From positions 136,400,001-136,464,000 of the forward strand of contig OZ024740.1 of assembly GCA_964016885.1 (NCBI GenBank): DNA of 64,000 nt, read 5' to 3'. The translations under genes and the position numbers were made by a program. The stretch comes from Eledone cirrhosa. Lineage: Eukaryota. Under the pieces are notes generated by a model. The model saw nothing but the letters and a program-made list of their open reading frames with translations. It did not search any database and was not told the origin of the DNA. This document shows, in pieces, positions 1 to 10,767 of the stretch. How positions within the stretch are numbered: position 1 is the stretch's first letter; every line of letters starts with the position of its first letter.

Positions 1-3000
1 TAGGCCCATTCACTCGGGCCATTCTCGCCACTTTCACCCACCTTTCATAAAACTTGCTGGGGTACAGCACCTCTCTCTCCATCCTGATTCTTCTTCCAAA
101 GTGGTATTTGAAAAAAAGAATCAGTTGTTGGCCGGAGAGAAAGGTGTCTAACCTCAGCCCTTTCAACCTTGTCCACCATACAACCTCTTTCGCCATAGCT
201 ATCATACAAAGGAAAACCGCCTCTCCTTCGTGTTTGAATGAGGGTGGCGGTTTGATCATGACAATGAACTCGGTGGTCAACCGGATTGGTCCCACCCGCG
301 ACAATAGTCGTTCTACATAGCCCCACAGGTCGGGAACGCCCAGGCAGTGTATGAATGCGTGCGCGACGGCCTCTTCGTCTCGCACGCACCTCGGATAGAT
401 CTTTTTCGGGATGCCGTGGCTGACGATCGTAAACACGCGCTCAGGTTCGGCATCTCTACGTATTCCTCACCGCACAACCGGTGTGGGCCCCGTTCGTGAG
501 GCGAGCATTCCCAGGACTCGTTTCGCTGACCGAGCCGCAGTCCTGAGTCAAGCAAAGACCGAGGAATATGGGCGACTGGCCGGGCGCCCATGTCTGTAGA
601 GCTTGTCTCGAACTGGTAGAGCTCCTCGGAAGCACTGCCAGGCCAGGGACTTTTGGAAGTTGTCCATCGGTCCCGGGCGGAAGGTCCTACCGAACAGACT
701 GGCCAGTTCGTCTTCCTATACACCTAGAGTTTCTCCGAGCGCATCGTCGCACTTGCTGCGGATCAACCCTCTATAGAATGACGAAGTGGAGTCTCCACTG
801 ATCGCCGGGTCCGCCTGCCAGAGAGCTGTGACCGCCTGAGCACACTCGATGTGCCAGTCGCCCATATTCCTCGGTCTTTGTTTGACTCAGGACTGCGGCT
901 CGGTCAGCGAGACGAGTCGTGGGAATGCTCGCCTCACGAACGGGGCTCCGCCGGTTGTCCGGTGAGGAATACATAGAGATGCCGAAGCCTGAGCGCGTGT
1001 TTGCGATCGTCAGCCACGGCATCGCCAGCCCTCCGTTGGAAGGGTGTTGGCAGCAGATGGATCTTCTCACCAAAGGAGCCCGCCTCCTCCAAAAAAATTG
1101 GAAGAGCGCGCGCTCCATTTTGGTGAGCGTTTTGGCTGGACAAGGAACGAGGTCAAGCGGTAGTAGATGGCGGACGCTATAAAAGTGTTCGCCACCTCCG
1201 CTCGACCTTCGCAAACACCTTGGCCGTCACCTCGTTCCAGTTTTTCTCCACCTGGAGGTCCAGACCAAACCAGACCCCGAGCAGCTTTACCTGTCCTTCC
1301 GTCCAGCGTCCGACGACGCCATCAGAAGGCATCGGTTTGCCTCTCCACGATCCGAGTTGCAAACCGATGGATTTGTCCCGGTTCAGCTTCGTTCCTGTGA
1401 ACCTTTCATATTCCTTCAGTAAGGTGCCGACTTCCTCGATTTGCGAGGCGCTCGACACCATTACTGTCACGTCGTCGGCGTAGGTCGACGCCGCTTTCCG
1501 CAGTCCCGGTTCCAGAGGGATGCCCTGCAATAGATCCAACTTCCGCAGTAGTGGCTCGAGAGTCAGTACGTACAGAAGGGAGGAGAGAGGGCATCCCTGT
1601 CGAATGGACCGCGTGATATAGAACAGCTCCGAGAGGTAGCCGTTCACCTTGACCCTTGAGCAGATGCATTGCAGCCATCCAGCCCCTGAACACGGGTACG
1701 AAGCCTGCAGCCTCGAGCACTGCATCCAGGTAACGATGGTCAACCCTATCGAAAGCCTTAGACTGATCCAAGTTGATCAGGGCCCCACCGAAGCCGGGTT
1801 TACACCCTACCCTCTCTATGATGTATCGCATGAGGTGGAGGTTGTCGTGTATGGACCTGGTCGGGATTGCGTATGTCTGCACTTCTCTCACCAGGTTCTC
1901 AACGACAAGCGCCAGCTTCTTTGCCAACACCTTAGCCAAAATCTGTGACTCTGTGTTTAGCAGAGTTATGGGCCGGAAGTTGGCTATGTCATCCCCCTTA
2001 TTCTCGTCCTTCCTGACTAATGTGACTACGCCCCTGGTCACAGAACTGGGAATTCTCCCGTTCTGCTGCCAGTTGCAGTAGACTGCTTCCAGGAGACCGG
2101 AGAATAAGTCCGGCATTGCTACGTAAAATTCGTAGGGTAGACCGTCGAGACCTGGAGATTTGCATTTGCCGCATTGGCTCAGTGCGTCCCCTATCTGAGC
2201 GGCTGAAATCGGCTTTTCGCAGAACTTCCCCTCGCTGTTCGAGAGTCGCGGTAGGCCGTCGAGGTATGGACCGAAATCCATAGCCCTTCCCGGTGCGCCG
2301 CCCTGCCCGAACAGTTGAGCAAAGTGCCGCTGAAAGGCCGCACACATCTGCTTCGGCTCACGTATCACGCGTCCATCTTGGTCCTTCAAAGACCGAATCG
2401 TCGACTTGTTGCCACTTTTTGCCTCCGTCACTCGGGTCCAGCTAACAGCTTTGGCTCCCTCGTTTCCCAGAGCACGTATTTTGCTTCTGACAACGCCGCC
2501 CTCGTGCTTTGTGTCGAAGAACTGGTCCAAGGCCGTTCTCGTTGCTAGCACGCTGGCTACGTTGCCACTTCTAATTGCCTCTTCTACTTTATCTACCAGT
2601 TCCTTCTTGGTTCTATTTCTATCTAACGCTAATTCTTTACTAAAAACTAACGAGTCTAATCTAACTGCCCTCTTGAGAGGTACCACCATCTGTTGTTGAC
2701 AATGGCCCCTGTGAAGTGCTGTTTAACTAAAGTGCTAATCCGTCTACTGTAGGCTTTGCATGTCGGTAACGACAAGTTCAGCTTCCAGTAGCCGGGTCCT
2801 TGTCTATGGGTTCTATCAAGGTTGACCATGCAGGTCACTAGTTTGTGATCTGAATAGGCAATCATGAACATTTGTGGACAGCTTAACATGTCCCTATCCT
2901 TATTTCTAACTAGAACCCTATCTAGGTATGATCTAGATGTTCTGCTGCGATTAGTCCACGTCCACAGTGGCACAGTCGGAAAATCTAGTCGATATCTATC

Positions 3001-3490
3001 GGCCAGGTCAAATCGGCCGATTAACTGTTTGAGGCTGTTACACCCCCCTTTATCGGGACATGCTCCCACATAGTCCCAACGTGCATCTAGGATTCCATTC
3101 CAGTCTCCTACTAAAAGCAAGGAGCGGGACGTTCCCAGAAAAGTCTCTAGACGTTTGAAGAAGTCTGGCCGCGGTATCCCGGATGGGGCATATGCGGCCA
3201 CCAGCCTGAAGGCTCCACCTTCACTGCCGTCAACGTCTAGGACCACCAGTCGACCCTCCGGGTATTTCCGCAGAATAACGGCAACCCCGCCCCCACCTCC
3301 CGGCTGACAGAGAGATGCGTAGATCTCAACGTCATCAAAGATGGGGGCCAGCTGTCGCCCGCTGTGGATCCTGGACTCGAAAATGGCTACTACATCCATA
3401 CTGTGCGACCTGAGGTCGTTTAAGAGTTTGCCCTGTGTCCAGGGCATCCCCAGGCCGCGTACATTCACACATCCAACTCTTATATTGGCT
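1..3490 (-). pseudogene. Tx1-like ORF2 (APE endonuclease + RT), frameshifted
   Basis: Fragments 2656..3468 (NVRG, LVGDWN, YLDRV, SDH), 1406..2689 (SPGLDG, FRPITLLN, DQSKAFDRV) and 1177..1743 (QGCPLS, YADD) lie in different frames. Confidence 0.9.
409..1024. repeat. Imperfect inverted repeat, arms ~409-580 and ~853-1024
   Basis: The same peptide (MPWLTI.NTRSG...DRAAVLSQ.KTEEYGRLA) is read on + at 411 and on - within ORF 771..1214. Confidence 0.85.
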
Positions 3491-3869
3491 ATGTTGGCTC
3501 TGAAAAGTTAAAAGAAGAGAAGATAACACTCACCTCTTCGTCTCCCGGGGATCAGGCCGCACGGTTTCCATGTGGCTGTTAGAGGGGTTGTCTTGGTGGG
3601 TGGTGGTTTCCGGCGGGGTGGGGACGGAGATGTTTGGTGGGGTGGGGGTGTCTGGGGTGAGTGTGGGGAAACTTTTTAAAAGGACGCGGTTAATGGGTTT
3701 AACACAAGGATTACCCACGTCCGTAGGAAAGTTTTCCTTTAAAGACTTATAGGTGTCCGTAGGGACCCTAATCATCTTTAAATTAGGTTTGTCTACACAG
3801 TTCGAAAAAGTTTTCCCTCCGGTTTTCACCGAAGGGTCGTTGGAGATGACCTCTATTAAAGTTTTGTTT

Positions 3870-5255
3870 TTACTGTTTATGTATGTGTAATGTTCTTGTT
3901 GTGTTGCGGTGGTTTTTATCTGTTGTTCTTGTGGGAGCTTTCATTTTGTTGTAGGTGTTTGTGTTTGGAGTGATATCGTGGTTTTGTTTTCGGGACGGGG
4001 GGGGGGGTTGTATTGTTTGTGTTGTTTGTGTTGGTGGTTGTATGTTTGTAGTGATGTTTGTTGTTTTTTTGTTCTTGTGGTGTCTTTTCTTCTTTCTTTT
4101 CGAACGCAGAGGCTCTCCCTCATCGGCACTTGGTGATGATGTGCGAGCCTCGTCCGTTGTGGTGTCTGTGTTATTTGGAAGCGGTATGTTTTGGGGAGCT
4201 GTTGTGTTTGTGGGTGTTTTTGCAGTGGTTTTAGGTGGAGTGGGGTTGGGTGGGACTGTGCTTGCAGGTTGGTTTGTTGTTCTTTTTGGGGTTATGTTTG
4301 CGTGTTGTTGTTGTGGTGGTGGTGGTGGTGGTGGTGGTGGTGGTGGTGGTGGTGGTGGTGGTGGTGGTGGTGGTGGTGGTGGTGGTGGTGGTGGTGGTGG
4401 TGGTGGTGGTGGTGGTGGTGGTGGTTGTGTTGTTGTTTTGGGTGTTGGCAGTAGTGCCTCTTTTTTTGTAGTTAACTGCGGACAGTAAGCCTTCAGGTGA
4501 CTACTGCTTAAACACTGGTAACATGAAGGCCGCCTACCCTCAACAGAAATTTTTATGTGTGAAATTTCATCCAGAGGCACACGTTGGGGTATTTTAGCTA
4601 TCCGTTCTGGCCTCATTTGGACCAGAACTTCCATGCTTGTACCATTGAATGTGCCTCTGGAGGACTTTCCCACCGAAATGATGGTGTCTTCGTCGAAATC
4701 GATGAGGCCAGTTAAAATCCACCAGACGTTTACATTTGGTGCAATGTTCGAAATTTTTATCTTTTGTGTTCTTTTTCCCATATATGTGGGGAAAAAGGTG
4801 TAAAGGGGGGACACAATTGGCGATACAGAATATTTTTGTGCTGTCAATTGGTCTTTCAACAACACCGAAATGCTTCCAAAAATTTTCCCTTTTTGGATGA
4901 AGGCAATATCCTTCATGGAATTCTTCAGAACCAGTTCAATGTCGTTTTGGGATAATTGAACTGGTTTTGTCGACACATTTGAAACCGTCCTAAAAATTAC
5001 TGTTTTTAGAACCGTTTCTCTGCGTAACTGTTGAGGAGAAGTGATGCTGAAAGCCCCACTCTCACCAAAAGTTACATACTGTTTTGCATCGCTTAACATT
5101 TTCCTAGCATTGGAAATGTCAAGGTATGTGAACAGTTCCGTCTTTTGGACGGTTTGAGCAAAGGAAATCTTTTCCTTGTTCGTGGAGTTGTTCGTGTTGC
5201 TGTTATTGGTGGTGTTGTTGTTATCATTGTTGCTGTTGTTGTTCTTGTTGTCATT

Positions 5256-5288
<33 letters not shown>

Positions 5289-5480
5289 CTGGTTTATGTT
5301 GTTTATATTTTGCATGTTATTGGTGTTTGTATTAGTGTTGACGTTACAATCAACGTCCGACATCGCGTTTTCAAAACTGACATTTTCGATGTCTTTCAAT
5401 GAGGTGGTGAGAGGAGGTGACTGTGTGCTTAACACTCTTACCGCCTCTCCACCACTTCTAGTACTGAACGCGGCGTCCAT
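3870..5480 (-). CDS. Tx1-like ORF1 (gag-like, zinc knuckle CYQCLSSSHLKAYC, poly-Asn and poly-Pro tracts)
   Basis: 536-aa ORF with C-x2-C-x4-H-x4-C upstream of the APE/RT ORF. ORF 3530..3829 may be its disrupted continuation. Confidence 0.8.
4314..4425. repeat. (TGG)n/(CCA)n microsatellite encoding poly-Pro in ORF1
   Basis: Pure trinucleotide run of about 37 units. Confidence 0.97.
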
Positions 5481-5733
5481 GACTGAATGCCAGATTTGTT
5501 TACAATTTTTTCAGCGGCGAAATTTTTTCTAAACGAAAATTTCACCCCAGGGAGGGGTGAATATGACTTGACCCACCGTCTGAAAGTCCAGACGTGGGGT
5601 CAAGCTATAAAATAGTATTAAATTTAACAAGAAATTTTTGATTTCTTACTTAAAAAATCAACAAAAACTTACCAGCGAACTGGCACACGTCTCAAGTAAA
5701 ACAGAGAGAGACAGATAGATAGTTAATAGATAG

Positions 5734-7373
5734 ATAGATTGATAGAAGTTGTCCATAGATTGATAGAAGTTGTCCATAGGTCCCGGGCGGAAAGTCCTAC
5801 CAAACAGACTGGTGAGCTCATCGTCTTCGACGCCCAGAGTCTCTCCGAGCACGACGTCGCCCTTGTAACGTACAATCCCTCTATAGAATGTCGAAGTGGA
5901 GTCTCCACTGATTGCTGCGTCCGCTTGCCAGAGGACTGTGAGCGCCTGAGCGCATTCAATGTGCCAGGCGCCCATCGTTTTCGGTCTTTTCTTGACCCAG
6001 GACTGCAGCTCCATCAGCGAGACGAGCTGTGGGAAAGCCTGTCTCATAAACGGTTCCCACACCGGTTGGGGGTCGGTGAGGAATACCTGAAGATGCCGCA
6101 GCCTCAGCGCATGTTTGCGCATCATCGGCCATGGCATTCCCAGCCCTCCGTTGGAAGGGTGCTGACAGCAGACGGATCTCCTCACCAGCGGAGCCTGCTT
6201 CTTCCACAGAAACTGGAAGAGCATGCGTTCCATCTTGCCAAGGTGTTCACGGGGACAAGGCAGGACAGTCAAGCGGTAGTAGATGACGGACTCTATGAAA
6301 GTGTTCGCCACCTCCGCTCGACCTTTCAAGGACAGTTTGCACTCTGCCCACTTCTGGGTGAGTGCAAACACCTTGGCCGTGACCTCGTTCCAGTTTTTCT
6401 CCACCTGGAGGTCTGGACCGAACCAGACCCCGAGCAATTTCACCGGTCCGTCCGTCCAGCGTCCAACGACGCTGTCAGACGTCATCGGTTTGCCTCTCCA
6501 CGTACCGAGCTGCAAACCGGCAGACTTGTCCGGGTTTAGTTTTGCTCCCGTCAGCGTTTCGTATGCTTTCAGTAAGTTGCCGATCACCCCGATTTCCGAA
6601 ATGCTTGACACCATTACCGTCACGTCGTCGGCATAAGCCGACGCCGCTTTGCGCAGTCCCGGTTTGCAACAGCTCCAATTTCCGCAGTAGTGGCTCTAGA
6701 GTCAATACATACAGAATGGAGGAGAGAGGGCACCCCTGTCGAATGGAACGCGTGATTGCGAACGGATCCGATAGGTAGCCGTTCACCTTGGCCCTCAAGC
6801 AGATGCTGGTGTGCATCGCCTCGATCCAGCCTCTGAACACGGGACCGAAACCGGCTGCCTTGAGAACTGCTTCCAAGTATCGATGGTCAACCCTATCGAA
6901 TGCCTTAGACTGATCCAAATTGATCAGAGCCCCACCGAAGCCGGGTTTACCCTCTCTAAGATGTATCGCATGAGGTGGAGGTTGTCGTGTATGGACCTGG
7001 TCGGGGTTGCACACGTTTGCGCTTTCCCTACCAGGTTCTCGACGACAAGCGCCAACCTCGTCGCTAACACCTTGGCCAAAATCTTTGACAGTGTGTTGAG
7101 CAGAGTTATGGGCCTGAAGTTGTTAATTTCGTCTCCCTCGTTCTCGTCTTTCCTGATCAGCGTTACTACACCCTTGTCTGCGGAACTGGGAATTCTCCCG
7201 TTCTGCTGCCAATTGCAGTAGACGGCTTCGAGGACGCCAGAGAACAAGACAGGGATGCCTATGTAAACCTCATAGGGTAGACCATCTAGACCGGGTAACT
7301 TGCGTTTCCCGCAGCGGCCCAGACCGTCCCATATCTCAGTGTCCGTGATCGGTCTATCGCAGAACTCGGCGTC
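5734..7373 (-). mobile_element. Second Tx1-like LINE fragment (RT region), truncated at both ends, diverged from the first copy
   Basis: ORFs 6924..7247, 6475..7014 and 5658..6623 parallel ORF2 of the first element. There is a 21-bp direct duplication at 5734-5775, and the 5' break abuts the first array unit. Confidence 0.88.
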
Positions 7374-7544
7374 TAGGTATCTCTAGCAGTCCTCCTCGGA
7401 TATCGGTGAAACAGTTAGGCCATTGATAAAAATGTTGCTAGATTAGCTTGTAGTTTTTCCCCGCTTTACAATCATATATGAACATTTATCCTGTAAAGCC
7501 TGGTGTAGTCGAAGGGGCACCGTTGCCACATACGATGTGTTTGC

Positions 7545-8350
7545 TCATTGTAAATCTGGTGGAGCCCATCCCCTCTCCGGATCTAACACAACCGATTTCT
7601 TCTAAAGAGAGAGAGAGGTGGGTATAAAGAGAAAGACATTTCAATATAAATAATCGACTCCAAAGGACGACAGTTAAAGTTGACATCGACGGGGTTTGAA
7701 CTAAGAGAGCCGAAACAACACGAAATACAGGAGGGTTACTGAGTATATTACCTCCTTTACAATTTGCAAGGCCTACAAGTGGAGAGATAGGTACAGTCAG
7801 TACATCGCTCGGAGAATCAAGGCGGTGCCACCTAAATATCTAACACTAATCACATCGTAGCTCCTTTTAAATGGTGTAAAGAACACACCTCCCTCCAACA
7901 GGTCTACATTTTTTTATACTGAAAGCAACTTTGTACCGGCCATCTCGCACAAGTTTACGCATCTAATGGCAGTTTTTCTTTCTCCGTTCAAGATCGGTTG
8001 TACGTTTATCTATTGGACATGATCTATTGTTTATTTTTCTACTAAAGATGATCGATAGTATATTTTTCTTTTGACATGCTGGATTGAACGTTTTTTCCAC
8101 TGGTCATCATCGATTGTATCTTTTCCCACAGAAAATGATCGATTCTCCATTCTTTTGTTCGCCAACTTATGTACGAGCTTGTAATTCCTGGCGAAGCCCA
8201 CAGCGTTCGTCTGTACACAACTGATTTCTTCCAGCGAAAGTGAGAGGGACAGTCTGAAAGATGGAAAAAAGTTTGGCATCGGCGACAATTGAACTAAAAT
8301 TCGCTAAACGCCAAGACATTTCTGCTTTCTGCCAACTATGCCAGTGTGGC
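7545..8350 (-). mobile_element. Two old tRNA-derived SINE remnants (~7545-7710 and ~8175-8350), repeated in every unit
   Basis: A-box-like TGGCATAGTTGG and B-box-like AGTTCAAA. The two segments share three alignable blocks, and the GTTCAAACCCCGTCGATGTCAACTTT...CCTTTGGAGTCGAT core resembles the SINE core at 9608-9714. Confidence 0.55.
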
Positions 8351-8431
8351 GTCTAAATTTGTATATCGAATTCTACCTATATTTCTCAGCTTAATAAAAT
8401 TATAGAAATTGTCTATTTTTGTATTTAAATA

Positions 8432-8484
8432 CCAACCTCGTGTGAGGTTTGTAAAAATTGCGTCTAGCACCTTATAGGTGGCCC
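8432..8484 (-). pseudogene. Divergent U4 3'-half fragment (also at ~12099, 15752, 19508, 23261, 35836, 39606, 44648, 55413, 61164; deleted in unit 6)
   Basis: CACCTATAAGGTGCTAGACGCAATTTTTACAAACCTCACACGAGGTTGG aligns with U4 CACCTGTAAGGTGCTCTTCGCAATTTTTTCACGCCTCTAAGGAGGTGG. It is followed by a 3'-box-like AAAAATAGA. Confidence 0.75.
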
Positions 8485-8620
8485 TTCATTTCTGTTAATT
8501 TTAGCTGGGGTTTTTTTTCTATTGCACTTTATAAGACTTTTCCATGCTTTTGTCACATTCCTTAAATTTTACATTTAACATATATATAATGCTTTCATAA
8601 AGTAATGAAAAATCAGATTT
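8479..8620. repeat. AT-rich ~140-160 bp module present twice per unit (second copy ~9866-10025)
   Basis: Shared GGCCCTTCATTTCTGTTA.TTTTAGCTGG...TATAAGACTTTTCCATG...CCTTAAATTTTA...TAATGAAAAATCAG. Confidence 0.9.
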
Positions 8621-9330
8621 AATTCGTATCCGAAATGTTTCAGTGTTGTCGTGCATTTGTATATATGTATGTATCTAACCCCTCGTGTATTGGTCGTGGT
8701 GTCATGACATACAGAATGCCGTGAGCATTTCATACATGGCGGAGTCATGGGGTAGGAAATGTATTTTGTGTGTAAATGTTAAACAGTTACAAAGGGAGTT
8801 ATGTATTAATATAAACAAACATAAATTGGGAGGGTTCGAAATCCATATATGATCGAGCAGGCTCTAAATGTTTTCAGCCAATATACTAAAAATAACAGTA
8901 AAATCTCCTCCTAATAATTAGTAGTGGTACAGTAAATGTTTCCGGCCGCTTCTCGCTGCACAGTCCTCCATGGGGACCTCTAGTGTCCTTGCTCCCTACA
9001 CTTCTGATTTCCTCGATAAATTCAGAAAGACGGTGACCCACTTGAAGTAGGAGCCCGTAAGGTGGGGTGGCTGTTGCAGCCGATGTCTCTGGTCATTCTC
9101 CGTGGTAATGCCTTTGTAATTTTACCTGCGGCTGAGGCACCGCTCAGACTGGGGTGTAGTATCTGCCCCTCCCTTTAATTTCATTAAATGTTTTGATATT
9201 GTATACACTACCCTCAATATAACTACAACTAAATCTCATAGTTAGCCAATAACAATAACTGTAACGCCTAATACCTCAGAATTAAGCAGTCTGTGTTGCC
9301 TATATTCCATCTAATCTTTGATTTATTTTA

Positions 9331-9455
9331 CCATCTCCTCGGAGGTGCGAAAAAATTGCGAAGAGCACCTTACAGGTGCCCTCCGCGGGGCATTGGGAAT
9401 AGTTTTCAACTAGCAATAAACCTCATTGGCCATGGTACCGCCTCTGCGCAAAGCT
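9331..9455 (-). pseudogene. U4: U4 snRNA copy with 15-nt deletion in the 5' stem-loop
   Basis: Same as other copies but lacks + strand CCACGCCTCGGATAA (reads TAGCAATAAACCTCATTGG). Confidence 0.85.
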
Positions 9456-9607
9456 GTCGGTAACCCATCACACCTGTTTATTTAAGGTAATATGAAAAAT
9501 ATTCATTCACTGATTCGTCTTCGCAGTTTATAGTTTATAATTAATTCCTATCATTCATTTCCATTAATCTTAAAATTCAGCTACTTCTACTTTGTTATGT
9601 TTAATAA

Positions 9608-9714
9608 TTGTTTCTACTTAAGGCACAAGGCCAGCAAATATTCCAGTGTATTACTGGTACTTTATTTTATCGACCCCGTAAGGATGAAAGGCAAAGTCAA
9701 CCTTGGCGGGAAAT
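9608..9714 (-). mobile_element. tRNA-derived SINE fragment (octopus-type), in every unit, duplicated in units 8-11
   Basis: TGGTACTTTATTTTATCGACCCCGTAAGGATGAAAGGCAAAGTCAACCT matches, from memory, an abundant octopus SINE core. Its reverse complement recurs at ~10850-10895. Confidence 0.7.
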
Positions 9715-10102
9715 AATAATCTCATAACAGAAATATACAGGCCCACATATCTTGTAAACAGAATAATAAATTAATTCGGTGTATCGTCTTTCTCAAGAAT
9801 ATTATTGACGTCACTACATAACTAATTTAATCCTTCGGTGATTGGTTGTTTTTGTTGTCACTTATGGCCCTTCATTTCTGTTAGTTTTAGCTGGTTTCCT
9901 TTTCCTATTGCATTTATAAGACTTTTCCATGGTTTTTTATTATTTTTGTGACATCCTGCCTTAAATTTTAAAGTTAATTCATATATATTTTAATACTATT
10001 TTCATAAAATAATGAAAAATCAGTCTTAAAAGATTTGCCATGCATTTTGAGTTGGGGGACCATACATACATAAATGTATGTATGTATGTATGTATGTATT
10101 AT

Positions 10103-10706
10103 GTCAGGTCACCAGTTGGTGCGACTGGTAACATGTATCCCAGTACAACCTGTTTCATGGTCGGGTTGTTGGCGACTAAACTGGCAACCCGACCAAGGTT
10201 TCTTGGTGAAGAGGGTGACTTTGGACATCCTGCAGGACTAAAAACAAAACCTGTCAAAGGGCAAAGGAGCTCTTAAGAGTTAATGGCCATCCAAACTCAC
10301 CGAGAGAGATGACCCCTTAGCCTTTGTCAAGGCAGAATTCTAGGAGAAGGAAAACTCTGATATAACACCTGCAACCCTCATGGTATCCAATGATATTGAC
10401 TTGTTCTTCTTTTTGGTAAATATCATCTTGGTTAAGAGAGTGGGACTGGCTTTGTGCAGTGCCTTGCTCACTATTAAAGCTTCACGGCACAGACATTGCT
10501 TTATATCTGGAGATCTCTCTGCACTTGTCACATGGTACCATGGGCCCAGCACTATGTGTCAATAATTGTCACAAGTGTAGTGTTTGTACCAGAGTTTTCA
10601 AGTCGCTGGCTGGACTAAAAAGTCACACTTGTTCAACGCATCGGTAGGGGTTCTCCTACATGGATATAAAGTAGTGGCCGTACTCGAAAACAAGTTGGCA
10701 GCCACC
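10103..10706 (+). mobile_element. Non-autonomous RTE-derived bipartite element (~605 bp), copy 1
   Basis: Middle part aligns to the RTE 5'UTR (~49710-49935). The 3' part encodes KCSVCTRVFKSLAGLKSHT like the last RTE finger and ends GGCCGTACTCG...GGCAGCCACC(ATGT)n like the RTE 3' end. Confidence 0.88.
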
Positions 10707-10767
10707 ATGTATGTATGTATGTATGTATGTATGTATGTATGTATGTATGTATGTATGTATGTATGTT

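Larger units (their letters stand above)
1..5700 (-). mobile_element. Tx1-group (L1 clade) non-LTR retrotransposon, near full length, ORF2 frameshifted
   Basis: Structured 5'UTR, ORF1 with CCHC knuckle, then APE endonuclease and RT fragments in LINE order. The ORF2 C-terminus runs to the left edge of the window. Confidence 0.9.

Noticed and set aside
5734-7373. snRNA-specific Tx1 (Keno-like) targeting of U4
   Set aside because: The junction is in spacer about 2 kb from U4, and no U4 copy is interrupted.
8035-8050. U5-like TACTAAAGAT
   Set aside because: Lacks the GCCTTTTAC loop I and flanking stem.
8830-8845. B-box-like GGTTCGAAATCC suggesting a tRNA
   Set aside because: No A box or cloverleaf.
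8875-8895. U6-like ATATACTAAAA
   Set aside because: No ACAGAGA box or U6 ISL follows; it is an AT-rich chance match.
8947-9200. U2-like words (CGCTTCTCG; GTGTAGTATCTG; ATTAAATG)
   Set aside because: The spacing is wrong for U2, GTAGTA is present only in unit 1 (others GTAGTG), and there are no U2 stems. Chance is likely, and a cmsearch would settle it.
9456-9530. U4 proximal sequence element
   Set aside because: Expected here and conserved among units, but I cannot identify a PSE motif for this taxon from sequence alone.
10061-10084. Palindrome CATACATACAT-AA-ATGTATGTATG
   Set aside because: Simple head-to-head microsatellite inversion with no evidence of function.
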